A stretch of DNA of 63,289 bases, counting the filler, from Atractiella rhizophila (taxonomy: Eukaryota), in assembly GCA_021432655.1 (NCBI GenBank). It is 5 parts of 5 records of this genome, joined end to end, with 100 filler letters (N's around TTAATTAATTAA, not from the genome) between each part and the next. Parts side by side here need not be neighbours in the genome. Positions count along the whole stretch, not along the records: positions 43,937 to 58,301 come from MU271961.1; positions 58,402 to 63,289 come from MU271967.1; 3 more parts are not named here. The stretch is one strand, 5' to 3'. This document shows, piece by piece, positions 47,750 through 59,487 of this stretch (position 1 is its first letter; each line of letters starts with the position of its first letter). The position numbers and the translations under genes are program-made. The notes under the pieces were generated by a model. That model had not been told where the DNA came from and searched no databases. It was given only the letters and a program-made list of their open reading frames with translations.

Positions 47750-47876
47750 TGTTGCAAAATTTTGACACCCAACCTTATCTTACGTAAAGCTGTTCGGGCC
47801 CGACGAGTTTTTGATTGAACAGTGGAGCTGAGTGGTGCAAACGACGACCAACTCACTCAGGGCAGCATTTTCAGCG

Positions 47877-48674
47877 ATGTCTTACAACTTCCCCCTGCAC
47901 GATCTCAACGGGACAAGCCCAGCGATTAGCCCCACGAACGCTTTGGTAACCCAGACGGACTCAATGTCGCTCTCAAACGGCGTCTCGCCCGATGAACTCC
48001 AACAACAGCTCAACGGACTCAACGCCTGGGCGAGCGTCCCCTTCCACTTCGATGACTCCTGGCCACACGTGCCAGACGATGGCAGCTTGTATCTACCTCC
48101 CATCGACGAGTCCACACTCTTGGAGGGTTCCTCAGATATGGGACTCTACATCAATCCAGACCCCTTCGCAATCCTCCCTTCATCCGTAAGGCCCAAGATC
48201 GGTAGCGACAACAATTCACAACTCTCTGCGCCAACTCCTAATTCGCAACTCGCTTCTTCAACTTCTGCCTCCGGTCCACCGGCATCTGCGGCGATCCAAC
48301 CTGCGTACAAGCGAGGGACGCCTGGGAGAAAACCAAAGAATAAGGTGGCGGCACCTATGACGGAGCAAGAGAAGGAAGAGGAGGAGCTTAATCGAATGGC
48401 GAGGGATGACGATAAGCGACGGCGAAACACTGCTGCTTCTGGTGAGCACTTTACCTGCTTTAGACGTCGTCTTACAACAATCTTTCCAGCTCGGTTCAGG
48501 GTCAGGAAGAAGGAAAGAGAAGCTGCTCTTGAGGCTTCCGCGAAAACGTTACAGCAGAAGGTCATTGAGTTGGAGAAGGAAGTTGAAGCTTTGAAGACGG
48601 AGAACAGCTGGTTGAGAGAGTTAATCGTTCAAAAGTCAAGGGCGGAACCTAGTGCTGCTTCAAAGAAGGAGTAG
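47877..48674 (+). CDS. bZIP transcription factor, MetR/Cys-3/Zip1-like
   Basis: DDKRRRNTAAS-ARFRVRKKEREAALE after splicing the 48-nt intron 48442-48489, then a leucine zipper ending ENSWLRELI. Confidence 0.88.
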   Translation: MSYNFPLHDLNGTSPAISPTNALVTQTDSMSLSNGVSPDELQQQLNGLNAWASVPFHFDDSWPHVPDDGSLYLPPIDESTLLEGSSDMGLYINPDPFAILPSSVRPKIGSDNNSQLSAPTPNSQLASSTSASGPPASAAIQPAYKRGTPGRKPKNKVAAPMTEQEKEEEELNRMARDDDKRRRNTAASGEHFTCFRRRLTTIFPARFRVRKKEREAALEASAKTLQQKVIELEKEVEALKTENSWLRELIVQKSRAEPSAASKKE

Positions 48675-48909
48675 GCTTTCTGTTGGAAAGGATTTTTGCA
48701 TTTGTTACTCGAGAGGAAAGTTCTTTTCTCCCCATGACGGATGATGTATCGTTACTATCTTGTATCTTTGCTTCTCTGACTTATATATGCATACGACAAT
48801 GTATTGTTGTCTCGTCTCATTATTGTTGCAATAGCTGCTAAACTACTAAGGGAAGGAAGTCTAACGTTGCAATTGCATTGCAAATAGTCCACGTGGGCTC
48901 AACAGACGT

Positions 48910-49717
48910 TTATATGGGTTCTGCCAGAAAAGGTCAGCTTGGCATTATGTGTAAGGAACGATGTGAGAAATGACGAACCAGCGATCACTGCGTTCAATTT
49001 ATTAATCTTGCTGGCGACTGAAAGATCAATTGTTTTGTCCCCAAAATCGATGACCAGACCGCCCAGCAGTGCAGGGTTGACTTTATTGGTGAACTTGACG
49101 CTCTTCGCTTTGCTCGCCTCTGTAGAGCCCTTCAGCGCGGTCTCCAGCTTCGTCTGCAGGTCCTTCTCCAAAGGAGCAGCGGTGGTGATTGTCACCTTCA
49201 CCTCCCCTCTATGAGCAACCATGATGTCCTGGAAAGTCTCAATCGCAGCTTCAGTATCACCAAGTCTTCCGTTCTCACTCAAGACGTCAAAGAACCTCTT
49301 CACTGGCTCGGACGGCGTCTTGACCGAAGCCTTGAACAAAGCCGCAATTCCGTCGTTTCGAGCTTTAGAGGATAGGGTAGGATTGGACAGGAAGTTTTTG
49401 ATGCTAGCGTCAGCTTTGATGGTTTGAGAAATCGATGTCAAATCCGCCTCCACCTTGCCGAGCTGGTCGGGGGAAGATGAGGCGACAGCGGAGTAGAGAG
49501 CGCTAGCGTAGCGACCGGATATTCCGTGCTGTCCATAACTCTTAGTTACGTTTGGGAAGCTCCACGACAGGCACCGCTTACGGTTTGTATTGGAGCCTAG
49601 ACAGCAACCTATTATTCGAGAACTACACATCGAAAAAAGACATACTTGGACAGAAGCCTTAGAAGCGGCCTGAGTGGCGTACTGCCTTGTCAGCTTGAGA
49701 GCGCCACGGCTGAGCAT
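48910..49717 (-). CDS. ATP5: Mitochondrial ATP synthase OSCP subunit, multi-exon
   Basis: Presequence MLSRGALKLTRQYAT; motifs HGISGRYASALYSA, LSENGRL, AHRGEVKVTITTAAPL and KVNPALLGGLVIDFGDKTIDLSVASKI. Confidence 0.96.
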
Positions 49718-49769
49718 TTTTCAGAACAAAGCTAGACTTTTGTGGTGGTAGGTGGTGGATGTGCAGGAG

Positions 49770-49781
49770 TAGGGTTAGGGT
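49770..49781 (-). promoter_or_regulatory. Telobox-like motif ACCCTAACCCTA upstream of ATP5 (ATP5/CDC24 divergent promoter)
   Basis: The identical 12-mer lies upstream of eIF5A (53098-53109) in the same orientation relative to the gene. Confidence 0.4.
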
Positions 49782-49963
49782 CAATGCTCACGAAGACGGC
49801 GCTAACAACCACCTTCCATCTGGTCTGGTTCACCTGCTTCTCCTCCGTTATTCCCATAGCTTTCATCGAGATTGGCTGAATCTCAGTACTGTCCGTAAAG
49901 TCAGATCTCACCTACTTATCAATCTTGCTGACTGTTTCGGACCCCTTAGCCTAGGCTGCCCCG

Positions 49964-52952
49964 ATGTCCCAGCGTCGAAAGGCGTCCGGTTTGGGGAATG
50001 GGCCACTCGAACGTGTCCCTTCCGTCGAACTTCCTACTCCCATGCCAATGATGCAGAAGCAAGCGGCGACGTCTCTTTGGCAGAATTGTTTGAACGTCAG
50101 GAACCGTCTCCAAAGAGTACCCGGCTTCGCAGAGCATTTCCTCATTGATGCCCTCGACGATCCAGAAGTCGCCAACTCAATAGTACCTAACGATCCGGTC
50201 GCACACGTATGCGCCTGCCTTCGTCGCGGAAGCTCCCTTTGCTTCCTCTTCAACGCCCTTGGTCTTCCCAAGATACTCGAAGTCAATCCCGCCGCCACTC
50301 GGAACAACCCCAAAGTTTGCAAACAAGGTGCCGCTCACTTTATCATGGCTTGCCAGAAAGAGCTGGGGTGGGGAGGGAATGACCTTTTCACCATTACGGA
50401 GTTGTATGATCAGGATACTAATGGAACGGTCAAAGTCAGTGCACTAACGAATCTAGTCATAGCTATGTTGACACAAAATTGACACGGTCGATGCAGGTTA
50501 TTCATGCGGTATCAATGCTTCTGCAAGAGCTGGAAAGGAGAAACGTTTTGATGGAGCCTGAACATTCAGGAGAACATGAGCAAGAGGATAAGCCGAAGGG
50601 GAAGAGAGCCCAGATCGTGAATGAGCTCCTCAATACAGAGCGTGAATATGTGAGAGATTTGGAAAAGTTGCAGGTACGCTTCGTCCCGGTCAGACATAAT
50701 GATGCTGAAACGTGTTTTACGGTGTAGGACTATCAGCGTCAATTAGCTCAGCAAAATATCCTAACGCAGGACACGATTCACAACCTATTCATGAATCTCA
50801 ACCTTCTCGTTGATTTCCAACGACGCTTTTTGAATGGTGCCGAATATCAATCTTCGCTTCCACCCTCAGAACAGAGGTTCGGTCAACTTTTCCTTGCAAT
50901 GGTGTGTGTCTTGCATGCAAGAGATGAAGCTCACTGGGCAACAGGAGGATGGATTTGCCTGTTATGAGCCTTTCTGTGCCAACTTTACAGCAGCCCAGGA
51001 CCTGGCGATGGCGGAGAATATGAGCCTCATGGTGCGTGTTCGTGTGCTGTATTCTCCGATGCCTAACGTTATTTTCAGAAACTTGCCCATGTTATTGAAC
51101 CAAACTATGGCCTTCCAGCTCTTCTCATCAAACCTGTTCAGCGAATATGCAAATATCCACTTCTTTTAAAGGTATGACGTGCCTTGCCATACCAATTTAA
51201 TAGGATAACGCGAGTTACAGGATTTGCATTCAGCCACCGACGAATCGTATCCTTACCGCAATGAGTTGTCCCAAGGACTAGAATGTATCAAGCGGGTCAC
51301 GGACAAGGTGAACGAAACCAAGCGTCAGAAGGAGAACGAGCTTGCCGTTCAGGAGCTCGTCCGTCGGGTGGACGATTGGAAGGGACATCAAGTTTCCACC
51401 TTTGGAAATCTTCTCCTCGAGGACACGTTCATGGTTCTAAAGGGTATGACTGAGCGCGAATACCACGTTTACCTTTTCGAACGCATTGTGCTCTGCTGCA
51501 AGGAGGCTGGGGTTCCTCCCAACAAAAAGAGTAGCAAATCCAACTCTATTCTCAAGAAGCCACCAGCTCGGAAGAGGACCATACTACAGATGAAAGGCAG
51601 GATCTTTGTCAACAACATCCTGGCTGCTGAGACGGTCACGAAGAATGGCAAGCTTTTTTTCACCACCTGACAGCTACTCATCAGTGCTCACAGGAACGTA
51701 TTGTCTTCAAGTTACATGGCGAGGAGACTTAGCAGAGGAAGATTTTACACTCAAGTGTAGAAGCGATGAGATTCTGCGTCAATGGCAAAAGGCTATGAGG
51801 AAGGCTATGGACGATGCGTCAAGGTACCGTCGCGGACATCTTTCCAACGGTCCAAAAGTCTCCAGCCCGCTTAGCCAGTTTCCCAACACGCCTGCATCTG
51901 AATTTGGGCCCAACGCTAGTGGCAATTCCTTTGACGATGAGGATGGCGAGACGGTGTACGACTACGAGCCCTCTAATGGACGGTCCACTCCTTCTGTGCG
52001 AAGATTGGATGGTACCCGATCGCTTCCCCCTGATCCAAGGGACCCATTTAACTTACGACCGCGTGCAAAGACTGAAGATTCGACCTCGGCGGCCATGATT
52101 CAGAACTGGAGGAATCAGACCCCTAATAACTACCCTTCTATGCCTTCGCTCCCTCGTGTGCCGACCGCTTCAGATATATCCTCTCAACACTCTCTACGCA
52201 GCTCCGCTTCAAGTCGCAACCTCAAAAGCAAGGCCAGCATGGAGTGGAGTAGCGCTAGAACCGACGACTCGACCAGCACCAGGCCGACTATTTCTCGTCA
52301 GACATCCCAAGCAAGCCTGCTACAACATCACCCCAACATGCCTTCCCCGTCCCATGCACAACAACAGCCTCATCACCGTAGTCGGTCCGCCAGTAGTCCT
52401 AACATGTATCAGCCGGAACCTACGGATGTCCCTTCGGTTCCACCGCTAAATCATCACTATGCAAACGGCGCTTTCAGTCACAAGCGGGAGAGTTCATCAA
52501 GTGGTGATACAGACCCATCTTCGTCCCGTGACTCTGGTGGCTCTGGAAACGTAACTGCTCCAAGCAGCACGTCAACAGGTCCACCATTGCTACGAAACGT
52601 GAGCAAGGCCAATGGAAATGCGATCAAAGTCAAGGTGAACTTCGGCGAGGACACATTTGTGATCGTCGTTCTTGCCAATGTCACCTTTCATCAATTGGTA
52701 GACAAGGTCTTTAAGAAGATTAGCATTTGTGGGGACCGAACCAGGATTGATCCTTCGAGCCTTCGTTTACGATATCAAGACGAAGAAGGGGACAAGATCA
52801 CGTTGATGAGTGATGATGACGTTGCTATGGCCTTTGATATGTGAGTTCCTTTCTGAATCAGAACGACAGCGACACGAGTGCTCATGTTAAATTGGGTACG
52901 AAGGAGCAGGTCACCCATGAATGCTAACGTTTTGACGCTTTTTGTAAATTAA
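49964..52952 (+). CDS. CDC24: Rho guanine-nucleotide exchange factor Cdc24/Scd1 (CH, DH, PH, PB1 domains), multi-exon
   Basis: CH (GSSLCFLFN, DLFTITELY), DH (ELLNTEREYVRDLEKLQ, IKPVQRICKYPLLL), PH (EREYHVYLFERIVLCCKE, LQMKGRIF) and PB1 (IKVKVNFGED, YQDEEGDKITLMSDDDVAMAF). Confidence 0.96.
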
Positions 52953-53097
52953 CTTCGTTGTATAGTGTCCGGTGGTTCAGGTTAAGGGTTATGGAATGCT
53001 AGATGTTTGCTGTCTCCTATTCTCCTCTTGAATGAAGAATGAACAACTGAACAACTGGACAGTGAACGTCAGAGCAGTACGTACCGTTTGCGCCACA

Positions 53098-53109
53098 ACC
53101 CTAACCCTA
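53098..53109 (+). promoter_or_regulatory. Telobox-like motif ACCCTAACCCTA upstream of eIF5A
   Basis: About 105 bp upstream of the ATG; same 12-mer as at 49770-49781. Confidence 0.4.
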
Positions 53110-53213
53110 TGAATGCGACATCAGATCAAAAAAATCACACAAACTACAGATCAATCAATCTTCCTTTCTCAGAACCGCGTCTCGTCTATTCTTACCGTAT
53201 AGAGATTGCAAAA

Positions 53214-53983
53214 ATGGTGCGTGGTCTTTCTATTTGATTGCATTGTCACTGACAAGTGGTAAGGCGGATGAGGAGCACGAACACCACTTCGAGACAGCTG
53301 GTGCTGGGGCATCTCTAACTTACCCTATGCAGTGTTCTGCTCTGAGGAAGAATGGTCATGTCGTTATCAAAGGACGACCGTGCAAGGTATCTATAACTTT
53401 CTTCGATCTTTCCAATCTCACTCTAAAATCAGATCGTCGATATGTCCACCTCTAAGACTGGAAAGCACGGACACGCTAAGGTCCATCTAGTGGCGCTCGA
53501 TGTAAGTCGGTGTATTATAGTGAACAGGTTTTAACTTGTTTGCGCAGATCTTTACCGGAAAGAAATACGAAGATGTAAGCCTTCTCGTTTCAACCTTTTC
53601 AGGTCATTTGCTCAAGGTGACCCCGCAGATCTCTCCCTCTACTCACAACATGGATGTCCCCAATGTCACCCGTCAGGAATACCAGCTGGTTAACAGTGAG
53701 TAATTATCAGACTTCTGAAAAGCCCTGCGATGACCTACTGGATCAGTCGACGATGGTTTTCTGAACCTGATGACTCAAGACGGTACATCCAAGGACGATG
53801 TCAAGGTGCCTGAGGGGGACATTGGAAAACTGATTAATGATGACTTCGAAGAAGGCAAAGAGGTCTGTCTTTTGCCATCCTGTTTGAAATTACTCACGTT
53901 TGTCTCAGTTGCTTGTTACCATTGTCTCAGCTATGGGAGAGGAAGCTGCTATCGCATATAAGGAGGCTCCCAAGAGTGGATGA
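53214..53983 (+). CDS. HYP2: Translation factor eIF5A, multi-exon
   Basis: [27 protein letters not shown], hypusine motif [25 protein letters not shown] and SAMGEEA. The first exon is the ATG alone. Confidence 0.97.
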
Positions 53984-55231
53984 AGGAGCGCTTTGTTTGT
54001 TCTCAGACATATCTCTGCTACAAATTTCTGGGTTCCGTGACTGCCAATGTTGCAATCAATGACTAAAAGCTTTTGTAGTACTCATAGAGGCAGAGAAAGT
54101 CACTGACAGAGAGTAAGCGTCAGACCTAGCGTCCTCGCGTAGGTACATTGACGATCGAAGGCGTCGTCGTCTTTGTTTCTGCAGAAGCTGCTCGATGCTA
54201 TTCTTTTCATTTTCTTTTCTCTTTGCTTCCTCAACCAATTCGTCACTGTCGCAGGTCCATTCTCCTGCTTCGCTCTGCTCGTCCCTGCAGTTCGCCGACT
54301 TCTGCAGCCTCGATCTCTCCTCCGCACGCCGTCCCATTTCGTACCCTTCTCGCCATCTCCATTCCCACATGCACAGGTCGCTCCGTCTCAATCGACCTCC
54401 TTCTCCTTTGTCTCTGCCCAGCCACCCTCCTTCATATCATTTCAAACTGCACTGATGTGGTTTGGTAATGTGTTTGTCTCGTTCTACCTTTACTTCCCTA
54501 TATATGCAACAGATATTCTTACAGAACCTTGCCACTAGGAACATGGACCCTCTCCAAGATCAGATAACAGGATGTGCTCAGCACTTAGACACAGACTACA
54601 GTTGAGAAAAATCTCCTGTTATACCAACCCCTAGAAGAAACTCGACCTGGTTAAGTCTGTCATTAAATGTCTTCCCTGACTTAGTTTCAGGCCATGCTGC
54701 TGGATATTTGGGGAAAAGCTGCTTTGCAAAAAAATCATGTGTGCACTGCATTGGTAAAACGAACTAATATGTCATTACAGTTTAAGAAATCAAACCTATC
54801 CAAAATCCAGCAGGGCTGGAGTCTGGAACCATTTATGTGGGAACTTGTCAAAATCCGATCTGACCATTTTTTTGGAATACAATATTTCAACCACAAGAAC
54901 TGATACAGCCTTGGAGTAAGCCTAAATCTTGATAGCCTTAGCAAAAGATGGTCTTTGTTTTTTTAGTGAGTTTCAGCTATACATGTGACTATCTTTACAG
55001 GTCCATATCTTGTTACATACATGCTATTGAGCTCTATGGAGCCTCAGGGAGGTTCAATATAAACCGAGATGTAAAAGTGATGGCCTTAGAGTATTCTCTT
55101 AGGTTTATCTCCACTACAGGTTAGTAACTTCATGTGATGATATGCTTAGGTTTATCTCCACTACAGATACATTGCCAGTTACTGACCGTACATAGTGTCT
55201 GCCCCAACACAAAGAAGGTTATACACACATG

Positions 55232-55578
55232 TGTAAGGAGCACTGCCATGAACTGTAAAGTATGTCTTATGAAACATATGGAATAACTAAATTGGGAATG
55301 CAAGAAGGAAATAATTGGAAGTAAGATATGATAAGAAGAGAATACAAAGGGCCAAGACGAAAACTGTGATAGTGCTGTTGGATTAACCACTGAGCTAAAA
55401 TGACTAGTCATTTACCCAAGGTCAACAAGTGCAGACCGGCGAAATGAACAGGATTCACTAAGGGGCAGAGAGTGTAGACATACCCAAAAGTGACAATTGG
55501 TTAAGAGCATGGACCTGTGAAGTAGGTCACGTGACCTAGAATAGCATATTTCAGTAATGAGTGGGGGCAAGCATGACA
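55232..55578. mobile_element. LTR-like repeat (probable solo LTR), diverged relative of 2238-2538
   Basis: TGT...ACA termini and colinear conserved blocks shared with 2238-2538. Confidence 0.6.
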
Positions 55579-56596
55579 CCTTTGTCCATTCTATGAGATC
55601 ACATATCCACTGAGCAACAACAACTGTCCACCTCACCCTACTAGCATCCTATCAACCTCTTTTCTCAGTCAGTATCCTCTTGAACTATTTGGAGAAGGCA
55701 AGAGAGAGCTCCCAGACTCTTTGCAAGTGTTTTTGGAACTCTAGCACCTTCCTACCTCAAACCTCTACTCCTCTCCATAACGTTTTTCACCTTACTCCCT
55801 TTCCTCTCTCTACCTCTTGAAGCTTGCTAATGAACCAAAATAGATGTAGTGACAATCAGTTCCTATTTTTGTCTCAGTAATTTACTACTTAGCCTATCTC
55901 ATGTCTGTTCTCCTCTTACATACTTAATTCTGAGTTTTTCCACTGTCACCTTCACATTCTGGCCATCCTGTATTTTACAGTCCACATCGCTGCCCTCACA
56001 CCTGTATATGAATTGAAGAGCAGTATTAGAGTATTCTTCCTTCAATAGATGTTGACTGGCAACTGCACATCTAACCTTTTGAAGAACATTGGGTTTGCAT
56101 GAGTCGTAAGTCACACCTTTGAGCACTCACACCTCCCACACCATATACTATAGGATGAAATGAACTATACCATTGTAACCCATATACTTGCCCCTTTCTG
56201 AAGCTATAAGGAATTTTTGTTTCTGAAAGGGTTGGAAAAATATGGTTTGTACTAGACTCAAATCCTTAAATGTGTTGCTATAGGGTTTAAAAGGCTATGC
56301 TGCTTGCAAGTGTGTTGGAGGGCCTGAGGGACAAAGGCCACTGATACATGTGTAGGATCTGACCTAACCAATATATATGTTCCCTATAAAAGCAAATTTT
56401 TCATAGTTAATCAACATGTCAGAGTCTGTGAAGATATGGAGATATACATTTTATTATATGATATTAATGCTATTAGCATAAGAATATCTTCATTGCTTGG
56501 AACAGATATTTGATGTCTGCACTAGAAAACAAAAGTGATACACTTACAAAAGTAACACCACTGTCTTTAGTTAGAGGAAGTGTAATCTCTAGAAGT

Positions 56597-56735
56597 TGTA
56601 GAATTTGATCATTGCATTCCAAACATTGACCGAAGATGTTTGTAGAATTTGAACATTGCATTCCAAACATTGACCGAAGATGTTGTTTGTAGAATTTGAA
56701 CATTGCATTCCAAACATTGACCGAAGATGTTGTTT
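56597..56735. repeat. Tandem repeat, 3 x 44-47 bp
   Basis: tgtagaatttga.cattgcattccaaacattgaccgaagatgtt starts at 56597, 56641 and 56688. Confidence 0.95.
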
Positions 56736-56910
56736 AAGGATCTAAGGCTAGGAGTAGTTGGTGGTTAATGATAAGACATTAAAGAAGTATAGAGACATAC
56801 TTAGGAGTAGTTGGTGGTAAATGATGAGCACTCTTAGGCAGAGCTAAACTACAGATATGGTGATGACTCCTATGAGAGGAGGCAGATGACACACCACACT
56901 ATAACTAACA
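56733..56910 (-). mobile_element. Diverged solo Copia LTR in inverted orientation
   Basis: Its reverse complement is colinear with the LTR at 57327-57526 (tgttagtt.tagtgtg...gtcatctgcc...ctcctagccttagatcctta). Confidence 0.8.
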
Positions 56911-57326
56911 CTCCTACCTAGGTAGCTATGTCTTGAGGTTCCCACCAAATCCAGAGAATCTCCCACCTAATTCCCACAATATATACTCAACATAAACAGA
57001 AAGCATTTTAGTTTTGCAATGAAAGGAAGAGGGAAAGTCTTCTCACCACTTAAAAACGTTGTCTTATAACCCTACAGAGGAGGAAAGGATTTTTATTGTG
57101 CCCTATAACTGCCTCAAACGCTTGGATAGGGGTGCAAACCCATCATAAGTCGAAACTTGTCCACGCTAGCTACTGGAAGTGCCTTAGTAAGGAGGTCTGC
57201 TGGCATATTGACACCTGGACAGAAGACTGGACTGATCTTGCTCCTCTCAATGACATATCTTGGCCAATAAAAGTGAAAGTCCAGGTAATTCATTTGAGCA
57301 TGGTGTTCAGGGTTCTTGGATACCTG

Positions 57327-58301
57327 TGTTAGTTGTAGTGTGTTGTTTTGGTCATCTGCCTCTTATGACTCTTATGACTCATATGAGTCATCACTATGTA
57401 GTTTAGTTCTGCCTAGGAGTGTTGGTGCTCATTATTGACCACCAACCACTCCTAGGTATGTCTCTCTATACTTCTCTAATGTGCTTATTATTGACCACCA
57501 ACCACTCCTAGCCTTAGATCCTTACATGGTAGCGAGAGCTGGTGGCTAGGATTATATTTGGTCACACCTATCACCTTCCCCCTCCTCCAGACCACATTTT
57601 CACCCTCCTACACTCAAATTTCGCTCAATTTCGATGATCAGAACAGATTTGTGATCCTCAAACATTCCTTTACCACCTTAGAAGGTTTCTGTCTACTCAG
57701 GAACCAAGAAATATCGAAATCTATCACCTTACCACAATCACCTGCCTCAAAACGCACTTTGCCACCCTGGACTCAAACTTTGACGAATTTGGACGTTATA
57801 GGGCTTATTTTGATCGTGAAACACTGCGCTACAACTTTACTAGGAACTATCTTGGTCACAATAAGCGAAAATTTCGAGATAGCCACTCCATCACCTCCTT
57901 CATACCCCCAAAACACATTTTTCAACTTTTTGAAGTCAGATCTGGTCTGATCTGGACAATTTTATCGCCATTGGATTCACAATAGGCTATTCTACTACCC
58001 TACAACAGATCACCTTGATCAGAAGAGTTGAAATTTCGAAATTTGCCACCATCACATCATCATCACATCAGCCCCTATCACTCTTTCTGCATCACATCAG
58101 GGGATCTTAGGACTCAACCACAGGGTCTAGGAGGATGTTTGGGATGGAAATGGCTCTTAATGGGTTGGAATTTGCTGGACTGAACAGTCTTGCTGCAGCA
58201 AATGATGTCACTATGCCTCAAGCAAGCCTTGAGTGGATAGCAGACACTGGTGCAACTTCCCACATGTCTCCCCATCGCCATTGGTTCAGAACCTATCAGA
58301 A
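57327..58301 (+). mobile_element. Ty1/Copia LTR retrotransposon 5' part: 200-bp LTR, PBS and protease fragment, cut by the contig end
   Basis: LTR TG...CA at 57327-57526, immediately followed by the PBS-like tggtagcgagagc (57527-57539). The Copia protease motif EWIADTGATSHMSPHRHWF lies at ~58231-58290. No intact gag is seen. Confidence 0.88.
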
Positions 58302-58401
58302 NNNNNNNNNNNNNNNNNNNNNNNNNNNNNNNNNNNNNNNNNNNNTTAATTAATTAANNNNNNNNNNNNNNNNNNNNNNNNNNNNNNNNNNNNNNNNNNN
58401 N
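58302..58401. other. Artificial 100-nt contig spacer
   Basis: N44-TTAATTAATTAA-N44. Confidence 0.97.
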
Positions 58402-58517
58402 TCCTGTCTGGACCAATAAACTGACTTTGATCATCAACAGCTCTGAACAATTGGTAATCGAGGAACTGAAGATATCTCACTCTCTACAAAGGCGACACAT
58501 TCCATCTGACCGTTACC

Positions 58518-59303
58518 ATGAAGCTCGAAGATCAAGTCGTCCTACATCCCGTCAGGTTTGCACTTCTTCAACAATTTCTTCATGCTAACTCGACGGCAGC
58601 GTGACGCCCTCTCCACCCTTCGTAGTCTCATCCACCTCCCCCGACCTTCCTCAATCCGTCATCCAACAACTAAACCAAATCCACGCCACCATCATCAACC
58701 TTCCCCCACAACTCCAAAACATCCCTCCGCCACCCCAACCCGTCCCTAATCAACGTTCGCAGACCATCCAGAAAGCGCGAGAAGAGGGAAACACGCATTT
58801 CAGGAACCAGCGTCCCCAAGAGGCCATCAAAGCCTACACCCTCGGGTTGTCCGTAGCCTCCTCCCGTGCTTTATGGGAATCGGCCCAGTATCCAAGGGAG
58901 GAAGTGAATGCGTTGTTGATGAACAGGAGCGCGGCTTACATGGCTGTGAAGGACTGGAAGAGGGCGGAGATTGATGTCAGGAAGGCGCTGGAGGGAAGAA
59001 AGGGTCCTGGAATGGGGAAGGCTTTTGCGAGATTGGGCAGAGTCTTGTTGATGAGGAGGAAGACGGAGGAGGCGAGAGAGGCTTTGCTTTTGGGATTGAG
59101 CTGGGAGCCCGGAAATGAGGTATGTTTTGACTTGACTTGCATCTCTTAGCAAACCACGCTGACGTGTGGAACAGGAACTCTTGAAACAGCTTAAGGACCT
59201 CGATATTATTATCTCGAAGCAGCTGGGCATTACGCTACCTGCCGAAGAGTCGGAAGAGTCGAAGATAACAGAAATTAAAGAAGAAGAAGCCAAGATCGAG
59301 TAG
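58518..59303 (+). CDS. SEC72: Translocation protein Sec72 (TPR), 3 exons
   Basis: QQLNQIH...IPPPPQPVPNQRSQTIQKAREEGNTHF, RALWES...REEVNALLMNRSAAY and TPR helices ending LSWEPGNE. Confidence 0.82.
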
Positions 59304-59487
59304 CTGTCGTTCTTTTGGTTTGCGTTGCGTTGCGAGTGGAGGCGAGGCAGTAGATATATGAGGGATGTAATCTCATGCACATTTTGGCACATACTTCATC
59401 AAGACACGAAACAAACATATTGGCCGACTCAATTGAAGCCTCAAAGTCCAATGTTCCATTTTTCGACTTCATCTGCAGGAATAAGAA

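Noticed and set aside
47780..47787. TTACGTAA palindrome in the UTP13/bZIP divergent promoter as an autoregulatory site
   Set aside because: A single 8-mer is expected by chance in a window of this size.
54056..55230. Overlapping short ORFs downstream of eIF5A
   Set aside because: Low-complexity or decayed sequence with no assignable domain; only a 22-bp local duplication (cttaggtttatctccactacag) was seen.
56597..56735. 44-47 bp repeats as a CRISPR array
   Set aside because: Head-to-tail copies with no spacers.
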